A stretch of DNA of 64,000 bases, taken from NCBI GenBank assembly GCA_964362195.1, contig CAYICZ010000001.1, positions 3,486 through 67,485 of the forward strand. The letters run 5' to 3'. The stretch comes from an uncultured Gammaproteobacteria bacterium. Its GTDB lineage: Bacteria; Patescibacteriota; Microgenomatia; Daviesbacterales; UBA10151. Numbering within the stretch: position 1 is the first letter of the stretch; every line of letters begins with the position of its first letter. The notes beneath the pieces were generated by a model that was given only the letters and a program-made list of their open reading frames with translations, was not told where the DNA came from and ran no database searches. This document shows, piece by piece, positions 10,032-19,208 of this stretch. The position numbers were made by a program, and so were the translations under genes.

Positions 10032-11648
10032 ATGAAATTAACTCACCATAAATTTAATCTTTTAATATTATCTGTTTTAGTCGTTTTTACCTATGCTTAT
10101 TTTCTAAATAATGCTTTTGTTTCAGATGATATAGCGGAAATTGCAAATAAACCTGAAATTGCCAACTTTTCCAGGATCTTACAATTCCCAACCGGTCCGA
10201 TCAGGCATATTATTTATTTTATTTCAGTACATATTGGGGGATTTAATCCATGGCCTTTTAGACTTTCTAATTTAATATTTCACCTTTTATCTACCTATTT
10301 AATCTATCTAATAATTTTAACCACTTATAAATCAAAAAAGGCTGCCTTTTTTGCATCTTCCTTATTTGCAGTCCATCCGGCTATTTCTGAAGCTGTTCTT
10401 TGGATCTCCGGCGGAATGTATACCCAATATACCTTCTTCTTTTTATTATCTTTTTATCTTTACATTAAGTCTGAGGGGAAAAGAGATTACTGGCTTTCTG
10501 TCTTGTTTTATCTTTTTTCTTTAATGTCCCACCCCCAAATGCCCATTACTCTTTTTGTAATTTATCCTTTATATGATTTTTGTTTCAGAAGGAATTTTAA
10601 GAAAAACTGGGTGCGGGCAATTCCATTTTTAATCCTGAGCTTAGTATATGTGTTCATAAGTTTAGGTGCGCTGCCGGCACGGGAAGCCACTCTGCAAACC
10701 GTTCATTATCAGGAAAAAGGAGTTGATAATATATTTACGCTAATCCCGGTTGCTATCTCATCTTATGCAGAGCTTTTGTTTTTCCCTAAAACTCTGACCT
10801 TGTATCACTCAGAGCTTAATTTTGGCACTATTTCTTTTGCAATAAGGGCAACTTTAACTTTAGTTTTTCTTGCCGGTTTCGTGCTGGCCTTTAAAAAGAG
10901 CCGGCCTGTTTTTTTCTGGCTGTCTTTTTCCTTAATTGCACTTTCATCTACCTTAACCCCTTTTAGATTAAACTGGATTGTTGCTGAGCGGTATATTTAC
11001 CTGCCCAGCATCGGCATCTTTACTCTGGTCGGATTAGGTTTGGATAAATTAATTTTAATTAAGAAAAAAAACAGCAATATAATTCTAGCTGCATTTGTAA
11101 TAATTATACTTTTATTATCTCTTAGGACCTTTATAAGAGGCATTGATTGGGAAAATGAGGATAATCTCTGGATAGCAACCGGTAAAACTTCTCCCTCTTC
11201 CCCAAATACGCATAACAATTTAGGGGATGTTTATGGGCGTCGGGGCGATAAACAAAGAGCTTTAAAAGAGTTTTCAAGGGCCATAGAGTTAAAACCTAAC
11301 TATGCCGATGCTTATCATAATTTGGGAAATACCTACAGGGAAATGGGTAATTTAGAAAAAGCTATGGAAAGCTACCTTATGGCAGCCAGGTTAAATCCTA
11401 ATCTTTGGCAGTCTTATCAAAATATAGCGGCCCTTTATTTCCAGTCAAAACAATACGATCTAGCTCTTCAATATATTCAAAAAGCCATCTCAGTAAATCC
11501 CAAAAATTTAAATCTTTATATTAATTTAGGGGTAGTATACTTGGCAGAGGGAAATAAAGAAAAAGCCAAAGAAGAATTTAGCAAAGTTTTATCAGCTGAC
11601 TCGACAAATCAAGTTGCCCAAGCAGGATATGCTGAGGCAAATAAGTGA
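10032..11648 (+). CDS. TMTC/PMT-like GT-C glycosyltransferase: N-terminal multi-TM domain plus C-terminal TPR repeats
   Basis: About 11 TM helices, with an FVSDD acidic motif in the first loop typical of GT-C enzymes. The C-terminus carries 5-6 TPRs (AIELKPNYADAYHNLGNTYREMGNLEKA ...). Confidence 0.6.
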   Translation: MKLTHHKFNLLILSVLVVFTYAYFLNNAFVSDDIAEIANKPEIANFSRILQFPTGPIRHIIYFISVHIGGFNPWPFRLSNLIFHLLSTYLIYLIILTTYKSKKAAFFASSLFAVHPAISEAVLWISGGMYTQYTFFFLLSFYLYIKSEGKRDYWLSVLFYLFSLMSHPQMPITLFVIYPLYDFCFRRNFKKNWVRAIPFLILSLVYVFISLGALPAREATLQTVHYQEKGVDNIFTLIPVAISSYAELLFFPKTLTLYHSELNFGTISFAIRATLTLVFLAGFVLAFKKSRPVFFWLSFSLIALSSTLTPFRLNWIVAERYIYLPSIGIFTLVGLGLDKLILIKKKNSNIILAAFVIIILLLSLRTFIRGIDWENEDNLWIATGKTSPSSPNTHNNLGDVYGRRGDKQRALKEFSRAIELKPNYADAYHNLGNTYREMGNLEKAMESYLMAARLNPNLWQSYQNIAALYFQSKQYDLALQYIQKAISVNPKNLNLYINLGVVYLAEGNKEKAKEEFSKVLSADSTNQVAQAGYAEANK

Positions 11649-11719
11649 GCCGACTACTGGAATCGAACCAGTGACCTGCTGTTTACGAAACAGCTACTCT
11701 ACCACTGAGCCAAGTCGGC
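11648..11719 (-). tRNA. tRNA-Thr (anticodon CGT)
   Basis: Minus-strand GCCGACTTGGCTCAGTGGTAGAGTAGCTGTTTCGTAAACAGCAGGTCACTGGTTCGATTCCAGTAGTCGGCT. The acceptor stem is perfect, the T-loop is TTCGATT, and the anticodon loop is TTCGTAA. No CCA is encoded. Confidence 0.75.
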
Positions 11720-11725
11720 CTCCTG

Positions 11726-11796
11726 AGCGGGGTACGAGAATTGGACTCGCTTCTCTACCTTGGGAAGGTAGCATACTACCGGTGTACTAACCCCGC
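11726..11796 (-). tRNA. tRNA-Gly (anticodon CCC), with a noncanonical T-loop
   Basis: Minus-strand GCGGGGTTAGTACACCGGTAGTATGCTACCTTCCCAAGGTAGAGAAGCGAGTCCAATTCTCGTACCCCGCT. It has a perfect 7-bp acceptor stem and anticodon stem CTACC/GGTAG with loop TTCCCAA. The T-loop is TCCAATT instead of TTCRANT. Confidence 0.65.
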
Positions 11797-11837
11797 AAGC
11801 TTATTCAATTGATTATTATACTCAAAAAACCTATACT

Positions 11838-12599
11838 GTGAATGATTACTATCGATTAGATAGGGTGTATTATATGTCCTCAAGATACAAATATAGAAGC
11901 GTTAAAAGATATCAAAGTAAAAGCAAACGTCGTTTCTTAGCCACTATTATAATAATAATTTTTTTGTTTTATGTTACTTTTACCTGGATTCTCCCTTTTT
12001 TAATCGGCGGATTAGGATTTATTAAGAATTTTACTAACCCTTCACACAAAGTAGTTACTCCACTTGATCAAACAACGCTGGCTCCTCCTGTACTTAATAT
12101 TCCATACGAGGCTACCAATACTGCTCAAATAGATATAGCTGGTTACGGCTCCCCTGGAGCTAAAGTAGAACTATTTTTAGATGATGATAAAAAACAAACG
12201 GTTGATGTAGAGGGTGATGGCATTTTTAAATTTAGTGATGTGTCCCTTTCCCTTGGTACAAATAATATTTATGGAAAATCCGTAGATGAAAAGAATCAGG
12301 AAAGTTTACCATCAAAAACATTAATAATAATTTTTGATAATGAAAAGCCAACCTTAAATATTTCAGAACCGGAAGATAATAAAGAAATAAACGGTGGGGA
12401 CAGAAAAGTAAAAATTTCAGGTAAAACAGAGGTCGGGGCATCAGTTTATATTAATGGTAATCAAGTTATAGTTGATAAAGATGGTACCTTTACAACTACT
12501 CAGGACTTAAATGAGGGAGATAATAATTTTGAAATTAAATCAATTGATGTAGCTAATAATTCAAATGAAGTTTCCAGAAAAGTGGTTTTTCATCCTTAA
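11838..12599 (+). CDS. Membrane-anchored protein with two predicted bacterial Ig-like beta-sandwich repeats (hypothetical)
   Basis: A basic cytoplasmic N-tail (RYKYRSVKRYQSKSKRRF) and a TM helix, followed by two similar modules rich in D/G/T/N (…VELFLDDDKKQTVDVEGDGIFKF… / …VYINGNQVIVDKDGTFTTTQDLNEGDNNFEIK…). Confidence 0.45.
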   Translation: MNDYYRLDRVYYMSSRYKYRSVKRYQSKSKRRFLATIIIIIFLFYVTFTWILPFLIGGLGFIKNFTNPSHKVVTPLDQTTLAPPVLNIPYEATNTAQIDIAGYGSPGAKVELFLDDDKKQTVDVEGDGIFKFSDVSLSLGTNNIYGKSVDEKNQESLPSKTLIIIFDNEKPTLNISEPEDNKEINGGDRKVKISGKTEVGASVYINGNQVIVDKDGTFTTTQDLNEGDNNFEIKSIDVANNSNEVSRKVVFHP

Positions 12600-13654
12600 C
12601 TTACCCAGTACCCGTTAATAAAAAGTATGGCATAAACCGATAACAACATTAAAGAAATAATCTGATAAAATAAACGTAAATATTGATTTTTATAAAAACT
12701 TAATGCAATAAAAATTGGAAAAATTGCCAGAATATATCTGGGGATAGCAACAATTGTCGGTGAAAACATTGGTAGTATTAATGAAACAACACTAAAAATG
12801 ACGTAGTCTAAACTTAATTTTTTCCAAACCTGCCAAACACCAAAAATTCCAAAGAGAACAAAGACTATATCTAATAAATTCCTGAAATTAGCTGCAATAG
12901 CTTCCATCGTCAAATGCCTGATAGCATATACTAAGGACGATCCGGGTAGAACCAATCCTTCATGCCAGAAAGCTGATTGGCCCTTAACAAAATAAAACAA
13001 GTCTCCTGTTTGAGTGTATAGATAAAAAGAGTATATGAGAAAACCCAAAGGAGAAAAAATTATCCACCAGTTTTTTTTATTAATACCTTCTGTTAAATAT
13101 ATGGGTAATACCAAACTTAAAACTGTAGCCAAACCCGCTAATCTTGTTGCAGAAGCCAAAGCGGCAAAGACGGCTGCCAAAAAATATTTTTTATTTCTGG
13201 CAAATATAAATGTAGCTACTGTCAGAAATAAAAATAAACTCTCGGTATAGACAGTTAGAAAATGAAAAGACAAAGGAAAAAATAGTAACGCCAATAATGC
13301 ACCACTGGCATATTGTTTTCCAAAATCTATCCTGATTAGGTGATACAATAAATTAACTGCCAGAAAAATTGAAACAAAACTAATTGTTAATCCAGCAGAT
13401 AAAAAATCTCCAGTTATCCTGGCCATTAAATTTATGAGGACAGGATAAAACGGGAAAAATACAAATTGGGTTGCAGTATAACCATTTTTGGCAATCGATA
13501 AATAATGTCCTCCGTCCCAATTTGCCAGATTTTTTAAAAAAACATGAGGAAATAAATCCGTGTGAGGTAAAAAAGAAAAACTAAAATAAAATATTATCAA
13601 AACTGCCACTGCCCAAATACTAATAACTACAGATGCGTTAGGGTATAATTTCAT
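12596..13654 (-). CDS. Polytopic membrane protein, PIG-V/GPI-mannosyltransferase-2-like (DUF2029-type) GT-C glycosyltransferase
   Basis: 10+ TM helices and an NWDGGHYLSIAKNGY motif typical of the PIG-V / GT76-like mannosyltransferase family. Confidence 0.5.
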   Translation of the reverse strand: MKLYPNASVVISIWAVAVLIIFYFSFSFLPHTDLFPHVFLKNLANWDGGHYLSIAKNGYTATQFVFFPFYPVLINLMARITGDFLSAGLTISFVSIFLAVNLLYHLIRIDFGKQYASGALLALLFFPLSFHFLTVYTESLFLFLTVATFIFARNKKYFLAAVFAALASATRLAGLATVLSLVLPIYLTEGINKKNWWIIFSPLGFLIYSFYLYTQTGDLFYFVKGQSAFWHEGLVLPGSSLVYAIRHLTMEAIAANFRNLLDIVFVLFGIFGVWQVWKKLSLDYVIFSVVSLILPMFSPTIVAIPRYILAIFPIFIALSFYKNQYLRLFYQIISLMLLSVYAILFINGYWVS

Positions 13655-13656
13655 TT

Positions 13657-14796
13657 ATGAATATAACATGGATATTAACACTGGCTTTCATCGCCGGTCA
13701 ATTAATTAAATTTCCACTTGGAGGTAGCGGCCCCACTTTGCTTGATCTGACAGTTTTAGTTTTATGTCTTTTGGAGATTATTAAGATAAAAATTAATCTG
13801 AAAGAACCTCCTTTATATATTAAGGCCGGCTTAGTTTTTATTTCAGTGGCATTACTTTCTCTGATTTTAACTCCACTTAAACTGACAATACCTGAATATT
13901 TAACAAGTTTTTTATATGTTGTCAGATTTTTTATTTTTATTTTTCTTGGATGGCTGCTTTATTCCGGTGCTTTTCCTAATTTAGCGAAAAACTCTCTCAA
14001 TATTTTATCTATCTCAGGAATAATCTTAGCAGTGCTGGGACTTATTCAACTTGTGATTTTACCGGATTTAAGATTCTTAAAACAATTTGGCTGGGATCCA
14101 CACTATTTCAGAACTGTTTCAACTTTTTTGGACCCCAATTTCCTGGGCGCATATCTTGTTTTAACTTTGATATTAATACACAAATCCAAAAAATGGTTTT
14201 TTGCAATAGTTTACCTAGCACTTTTAACAACTTTTTCAAGAGGCGCTTATCTCGCATTTTTAATAAGTTTTTTAACACTTGCCTTCTTAAATAGGTCCTT
14301 AAAACTGGCAATTATAACTATAATGCTTTTCCTTGGGTTGATGGTTGGATTTTTTTCATACCAGCATCAGGTTGCAGAACCAAGAGGTATTAATAGGGTA
14401 GAGTCTGCCCAGTTTAGGTTTAGCACCTGGCAGCAAGGCTGGCAGCTTTTTCAAAATCATATAGGCTTAGGGGTGGGTTTTAATACATATAGGTATGCCT
14501 TAAGGACATATCATTTGGCTGATATGACATTCCTTCAAACCCATGGTTCTTCAACTAATGACTCAAGCTTGTTATATGTGGCAGCCACTACTGGAATTAT
14601 TGGCCTGATAAGCTACCTGATTTTTTTAGGATCTATGTTTGCTTATGGAGTGAAAATAAACTTTTCCTTAGCTGCCGGGCTCTTAGGTCTAATAGCCCAA
14701 AGTTTTTTTGCCAATACTTTATTCTATCCTCCTATTCTTGCCTGGTTAATTCTTGTTGCAGCTATATCCCCTTCTTTAGCAAACCAAAAAAAGTAA
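13657..14796 (+). CDS. O-antigen ligase / Wzy_C-domain membrane protein
   Basis: Multi-TM protein with LLTTFSRGAYLAFLISFL (the SRG motif) and a large loop carrying R...W...GLGVGFNTYRYALRTYH, matching the Wzy_C family (WaaL/Wzy/PglL-type). Confidence 0.6.
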   Translation: MNITWILTLAFIAGQLIKFPLGGSGPTLLDLTVLVLCLLEIIKIKINLKEPPLYIKAGLVFISVALLSLILTPLKLTIPEYLTSFLYVVRFFIFIFLGWLLYSGAFPNLAKNSLNILSISGIILAVLGLIQLVILPDLRFLKQFGWDPHYFRTVSTFLDPNFLGAYLVLTLILIHKSKKWFFAIVYLALLTTFSRGAYLAFLISFLTLAFLNRSLKLAIITIMLFLGLMVGFFSYQHQVAEPRGINRVESAQFRFSTWQQGWQLFQNHIGLGVGFNTYRYALRTYHLADMTFLQTHGSSTNDSSLLYVAATTGIIGLISYLIFLGSMFAYGVKINFSLAAGLLGLIAQSFFANTLFYPPILAWLILVAAISPSLANQKK

Positions 14797-15748
14797 TTTT
14801 TTTAGGCCTGATATTTTGGATCATATAATCGTCAGAAACTATTTTTGATTTCTGAATTAAAAATCTTTTTTTTAATAAGCTTGGCAGATGAAATAAAATA
14901 TAAGCGTCCGCAGCTAAAGCTTGTTTCAAAAATCCTTTCTTTGCCATATAAATTATTGTATTTATATTAACAAGCAGTATCTTTAGCCAGTTTAAATCAA
15001 TAAGAAAAAGTTTTAGCGGGTAATCCTTAATAATATTTTGGGTCATATTTCTAAAATGCCAGTATTCAGAAAGAGAAACTATCCTGGAAGAAGTAGCTTT
15101 GCGCATATGATAAAGTATTGCCTTTGGTTCATACCAGCCCTTAAAACCTGCAATTTGCGCTCTCAAACATAAATCAACATCTTCCATATAAGTATGGTAA
15201 TCTTCATCAAAGTAACCTACTTTTTCAAAAATTTGCCTTTTAAAAAGACTGCTTCCTCCTGTTGCCAAAAAAATGTATTGAGGCTTATTAAACTCAATAC
15301 TATCTTTTTTACCCTGACCAACAGAATATGAGTGGCCTACAACCGAAACCGCATCCCATGCTGAGTCAATTATTTTCCTATTATAAAAATTAAGCATTTT
15401 TGCAGCAACAAATCCCACGTCCGGATGATTATCCGATGCCTTAACCAGATATTCCAGGTAACGACTATCCAGCTCGGTATCATTATTTAATAAAACCAGG
15501 TATTCTCCTTTTGCATTTTTTATTCCGGTATTTACAGCTTTTGTAAAACCATAGTTTTTATCCAGTGGAATTACTTTAACTTTGGGAAAATATTTTTTTA
15601 TGTACTCTACTGAGGTGTCAGAAGAACCATTATCAACTATTACTACTTCAAAGTTCTTCAGTGTCTGTCTTTCTAAAGATTCCAGACAAACCTTTAATAA
15701 ATGCCTACCATTCCAATTGGGAATTATAACCGACACTTTTGTTTTCAT
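14762..15748 (-). CDS. Glycosyltransferase family 2
   Basis: VSVIIPNWNGRHLLKVCLESLERQTLKNFEVVIVDNGSSD ... LNNDTELD, a GT2 GT-A fold with DxD. Confidence 0.8.
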   Translation of the reverse strand: MKTKVSVIIPNWNGRHLLKVCLESLERQTLKNFEVVIVDNGSSDTSVEYIKKYFPKVKVIPLDKNYGFTKAVNTGIKNAKGEYLVLLNNDTELDSRYLEYLVKASDNHPDVGFVAAKMLNFYNRKIIDSAWDAVSVVGHSYSVGQGKKDSIEFNKPQYIFLATGGSSLFKRQIFEKVGYFDEDYHTYMEDVDLCLRAQIAGFKGWYEPKAILYHMRKATSSRIVSLSEYWHFRNMTQNIIKDYPLKLFLIDLNWLKILLVNINTIIYMAKKGFLKQALAADAYILFHLPSLLKKRFLIQKSKIVSDDYMIQNIRPKKITFFGLLKKGI

Positions 15749-16461
15749 TTTTTAATAACCAAAATCACCCGGTAAAAGGGCGGCAAGGGTAGCGAAAATA
15801 AGAAAAATAAAATCCGATATAGCCTTTTTAAACTTTTACTGATAAGTTTTTCATGGTTAATTGTAAAGAGCCAATGTATTAAAAACCAGGCTAACAAATT
15901 GGCATTTCCAAAAACTTTTATACTTTTCTTTGTAATACCAAGCTCCTCAAGCTTAAGTAAGATATCATCTTTTTCCGGCAAACCATTTTTTTTATGCTCC
16001 CCAAGCCAGGGATGCTCTTTTTTGTATTTTTTAAAAAACAAATCATTTATCCGTTTTTCAAATTCGGCACTCTTATCACCGCTGGGAAAACTTAAAGTTA
16101 TAATTCCGCCTTTTTTTGTAACCCTAACAAGCTCGGAAATTGCCTTACCTCTTTTTTGGACATTTATATGCTCAAGCATATCAAGACAAACAACATTGTA
16201 GAAACTCTCATCTTTCAGGGGCAGTTTAAATACGCTTCCCTTAATATGCCTTATATTGGGATTTTTTTTAGTTCCTGTTTTTGAAAAATCAGTATCTATT
16301 CCAATTACTGAACCCTTAAAATAGTCGGATATTCCGCTTCCGCCGGAACCAACTTCCAACACAGGAAGCCCTGCGTATTTTGATTTCTCAATTAAATCAA
16401 CAACAATCTTATATCTTAGGGCGCTGTCAAAATTAAATTTTGCTCTTTGTGGAAAAGTCAT
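15745..16461 (-). CDS. Class I SAM-dependent methyltransferase
   Basis: VLEVGSGGSGISDYF (motif I) ... VVCLDMLEHI (motif post-II), methyltransferase type 11-like. Confidence 0.7.
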   Translation of the reverse strand: MTFPQRAKFNFDSALRYKIVVDLIEKSKYAGLPVLEVGSGGSGISDYFKGSVIGIDTDFSKTGTKKNPNIRHIKGSVFKLPLKDESFYNVVCLDMLEHINVQKRGKAISELVRVTKKGGIITLSFPSGDKSAEFEKRINDLFFKKYKKEHPWLGEHKKNGLPEKDDILLKLEELGITKKSIKVFGNANLLAWFLIHWLFTINHEKLISKSLKRLYRILFFLFSLPLPPFYRVILVIKK

Positions 16462-16463
16462 CT

Positions 16464-17687
16464 CTATTTGAGCAATTTTACCCTAATATAGAAAAAGAAT
16501 ACAACAAATCCCAATACATCTGAGACAAGTGTTGACCAGGCTGAACCGAAATAGCCAAATTTCGGAATTAAATAAAAATTCAATGATATATTTAAAATTA
16601 AATTGAAAATAGAAAATACAGTTAAAAATTTTAGAAACTTTTTATCTGAAAAAAGTATTATTCCCTGAGGTGAAATCATAAACATAAAAGGTATTGTCAG
16701 GGATAAAATTTTAACAACTTCTATCGCCTTAACATATTGCGGCAAAAGGTAAGTTATGATCATGGGAAGGAAAAAAAGATAAGCTCCAACAATTACAATT
16801 GATAATACAAATAAAAAGACTGTTGATTTGATATAAATCTGATAGACTCTTTTAGGATCTTTATTTATCAGACTGACAATATTGGGAAAAAGTGCAGTTG
16901 ACAGAGCAGAAGGAACAAAAATTAAACTTTCTAAAAATTTATACCCAGCACTATAAATTCCGGAATCATAATTTCCTTTCAAATAGTTTAAAATCAGGGT
17001 ATCTATTTTAAAATAAAGCAGTCCCAGTACACCTACGAATCCATACGGCAAAGATCCCCATATAATTTTCTTTAACAATTCTAAACTTACTTGCATATTA
17101 AGTCCTAATTTTTGCCATCTTAAAAAAATCCCAAGAATCAAAAAATAAATTATTTGGCCAAATATCAAAGCCAACACTACTCCCCTGATATTCAACCCGG
17201 ACAAAATAAAAATCACTCCAATAATGCTAGTAGAGATGCTTAAACCCACCATCGCAAGAGCCGAATACTCCAGTTTTTTAAAGGCAACAAAAATACTGTC
17301 AATTGTAAGAGCCAAAGCCTGTGGGAAAACAGCCAAAGTTGCAAGCAAAACCAAAGAAACTCTGATTTTTTCCGGATCCAGAAAATATAAGAGAGTTGCG
17401 AAGATGGCAAATAAAACTGAAACAATGGTTGTACGAAGTAGACTAACGCTAAAAAGTAATTGAGATACTTTTAGTTTATCCACTGCCAGCTCTGTAATTA
17501 AATACCTATTAAATCCAAATTCCGAAATAGAAGAAAAAAGGGAAAAATATGCTAAAACTGCAGAATATAATCCAAAATCAGAAACCCCCAGATTCCTTGC
17601 CAAAAAAATGGTGTAGATAAAACCAATCATCCGGGTCAAAACTTGAGCAATAAAAAGCCATGAAGCCTGACCTAAAATTTTACGCAT
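16464..17687 (-). CDS. Polysaccharide biosynthesis protein / Wzx-like flippase (MOP superfamily)
   Basis: 407 aa with about 12 predicted TM helices. The N-terminus MRKILGQASWLFIAQVLTRMIGFIYTIFLARNLGVSDFGLYS is typical of Wzx/RfbX flippases. Confidence 0.7.
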   Translation of the reverse strand: MRKILGQASWLFIAQVLTRMIGFIYTIFLARNLGVSDFGLYSAVLAYFSLFSSISEFGFNRYLITELAVDKLKVSQLLFSVSLLRTTIVSVLFAIFATLLYFLDPEKIRVSLVLLATLAVFPQALALTIDSIFVAFKKLEYSALAMVGLSISTSIIGVIFILSGLNIRGVVLALIFGQIIYFLILGIFLRWQKLGLNMQVSLELLKKIIWGSLPYGFVGVLGLLYFKIDTLILNYLKGNYDSGIYSAGYKFLESLIFVPSALSTALFPNIVSLINKDPKRVYQIYIKSTVFLFVLSIVIVGAYLFFLPMIITYLLPQYVKAIEVVKILSLTIPFMFMISPQGIILFSDKKFLKFLTVFSIFNLILNISLNFYLIPKFGYFGSAWSTLVSDVLGFVVFFFYIRVKLLK

Positions 17688-17704
17688 AATTAAATTGTAT
17701 CAGA

Positions 17705-18613
17705 TTACTTTTCAAAATATTCATAAACATTTTTTGATATTTGAGCTATTCGATCCTCTGCACCGGCAGGTATATCAGATTTTGATAGAACAACTATTAT
17801 ATAGTCTCCTTTTGTACTAAAAACTATTCCCCCGTCGTGAGAAAAATAACCTAGCTCACCGGTTTTATGAGCAATTATTACTCCCTGAGGTAAATTTTTT
17901 GGCAATTTATTATTAAGCTGTTGTTTTTTAAGCAGATCAATCATCTGGTTAGTATAATCCTGATTTCCTAATACTCCCTTATAAAGTTTTTCAAAAAATA
18001 AGGCTATATCCGATGCAGTTGTAGTAGGACTTTCACCATTAATTCCAACCGTTGACTCATTGAATCCATTTTTTCCTAAAAATAAATCTACCCTGGATAG
18101 TCTTATTTTCTTTGTCAGAAGAAGTGCTGCGTAATTATGCGATATTGAAATCATCTGGCTTAAAGAATCTGCAACAGAAAGAGTTATTGTCCCTTCCGTT
18201 AACTCTGCATCCTCACCTGGAATATTAAAGATATTATTTAAAGTAGATACATCCTCTGATAAAATTTCATCTTCTGATAAATCTCCTTTTTGAATCTGAT
18301 TAAAAATTTCTGTCATAATCCAAAGTTTATAAAGGCTTCCTGCATCAAAAACTTGGTGTTCATTAAGAAAATAACTTTCCCCGTTCTTTAAGTTTTTAAC
18401 AGCAACTGCGTAAGTACCATTACTTCCCTCAAGAGCAGACTTTACTGCATTCTCTAAACTATTAATTTTTTGAATCTTTACCTCCGGTGTTATCAAAAAA
18501 ATTTTATTTGGCTTAAGATAAAAGTAGTAAAATAGAAAATATATACAAATAATTGCCAAAAATATTAAAACTCCTGTTATTTTAAGATTATCTTTTGCAC
18601 GTCTGGTTATCAT
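17705..18613 (-). CDS. Class A beta-lactamase-related serine hydrolase (PBP-like), membrane anchored
   Basis: SxxK (FDAGSLYKLWI), an SDN-like SHN, and a KTG (HKTGELG) box. The start was moved to the Met at 18611-18613 because the longer ORF overlaps tRNA-Val. Confidence 0.6.
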   Translation of the reverse strand: MITRRAKDNLKITGVLIFLAIICIYFLFYYFYLKPNKIFLITPEVKIQKINSLENAVKSALEGSNGTYAVAVKNLKNGESYFLNEHQVFDAGSLYKLWIMTEIFNQIQKGDLSEDEILSEDVSTLNNIFNIPGEDAELTEGTITLSVADSLSQMISISHNYAALLLTKKIRLSRVDLFLGKNGFNESTVGINGESPTTTASDIALFFEKLYKGVLGNQDYTNQMIDLLKKQQLNNKLPKNLPQGVIIAHKTGELGYFSHDGGIVFSTKGDYIIVVLSKSDIPAGAEDRIAQISKNVYEYFEK

Positions 18614-18628
18614 TATCAAAATTAATAG

Positions 18629-18700
18629 TGGACGACGTTGGGATTGAACCAACGGCCTGTCGCATGTGAAGCGACCGCTCTACCACTGAGCTAGTCGTCC
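18629..18700 (-). tRNA. tRNA-Val (anticodon CAC)
   Basis: Minus-strand GGACGACTAGCTCAGTGGTAGAGCGGTCGCTTCACATGCGACAGGCCGTTGGTTCAATCCCAACGTCGTCCA. Anticodon stem GTCGC/GCGAC with loop TTCACAT. Confidence 0.8.
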
Positions 18701-18723
18701 TTTTCCCTCCAATAATTCTAGCA

Positions 18724-18744
18724 TTGGAGCTCTTGCACCACAAC
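18724..18744. repeat. Direct repeat copy A (TTGGAGCTCTTGCACCACAAC) flanking the TA cassette
   Basis: 20 of 21 nt identical to copy B at 19542-19562. It lies between the tRNA-Val 5' end and the PIN gene stop. Confidence 0.6.
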
Positions 18745-18773
18745 TGAATCCGAGTACTGCTTTTTTTTGACTG

Positions 18774-19208
18774 TTATTTAACTAATTCATCAGGGGTTAC
18801 CACTTTAACTGTAAAATGTAATTTAATTTCTTGCTTCTGATGCAATAGGTGCTTTCTATCAAAGCTAACTAAGTAATCTGCTTTAGCTAAAATAGCACCT
18901 GCCACAATCGGAGCATCTTTTAACTCAACAACTTTTGAAACCTTAGATACTAATGCTTTAGTAGGAATTACTATCTCTGGATTTAAAGCTTCCAGGAATA
19001 GTTGCAAAACGGAAAGTGCCTTCGGCGCCTTCTTTGCTAAATTCTTTTGGGTTTCTTCTATTACCAAATCACTTACAATTAATTCAAGTTCTCCAGAAAA
19101 AGATTTCATTATTAGATCTCTGGCGAAACCCCTGGGAGAAATAGCAGCAGCAATAAGGACACTGGAGTCTATGAAAACTCTAATTATCTTTTTTGGATTT
19201 GAGGCCAT
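18774..19208 (-). CDS. PIN-domain ribonuclease, putative type II toxin (VapC-like)
   Basis: 144 aa; acidic residues in PIN positions (FIDSSVLIAAA ... IEET ... SFDRKH). It overlaps the upstream antitoxin gene by 29 nt. Confidence 0.7.
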   Translation of the reverse strand: MASNPKKIIRVFIDSSVLIAAAISPRGFARDLIMKSFSGELELIVSDLVIEETQKNLAKKAPKALSVLQLFLEALNPEIVIPTKALVSKVSKVVELKDAPIVAGAILAKADYLVSFDRKHLLHQKQEIKLHFTVKVVTPDELVK

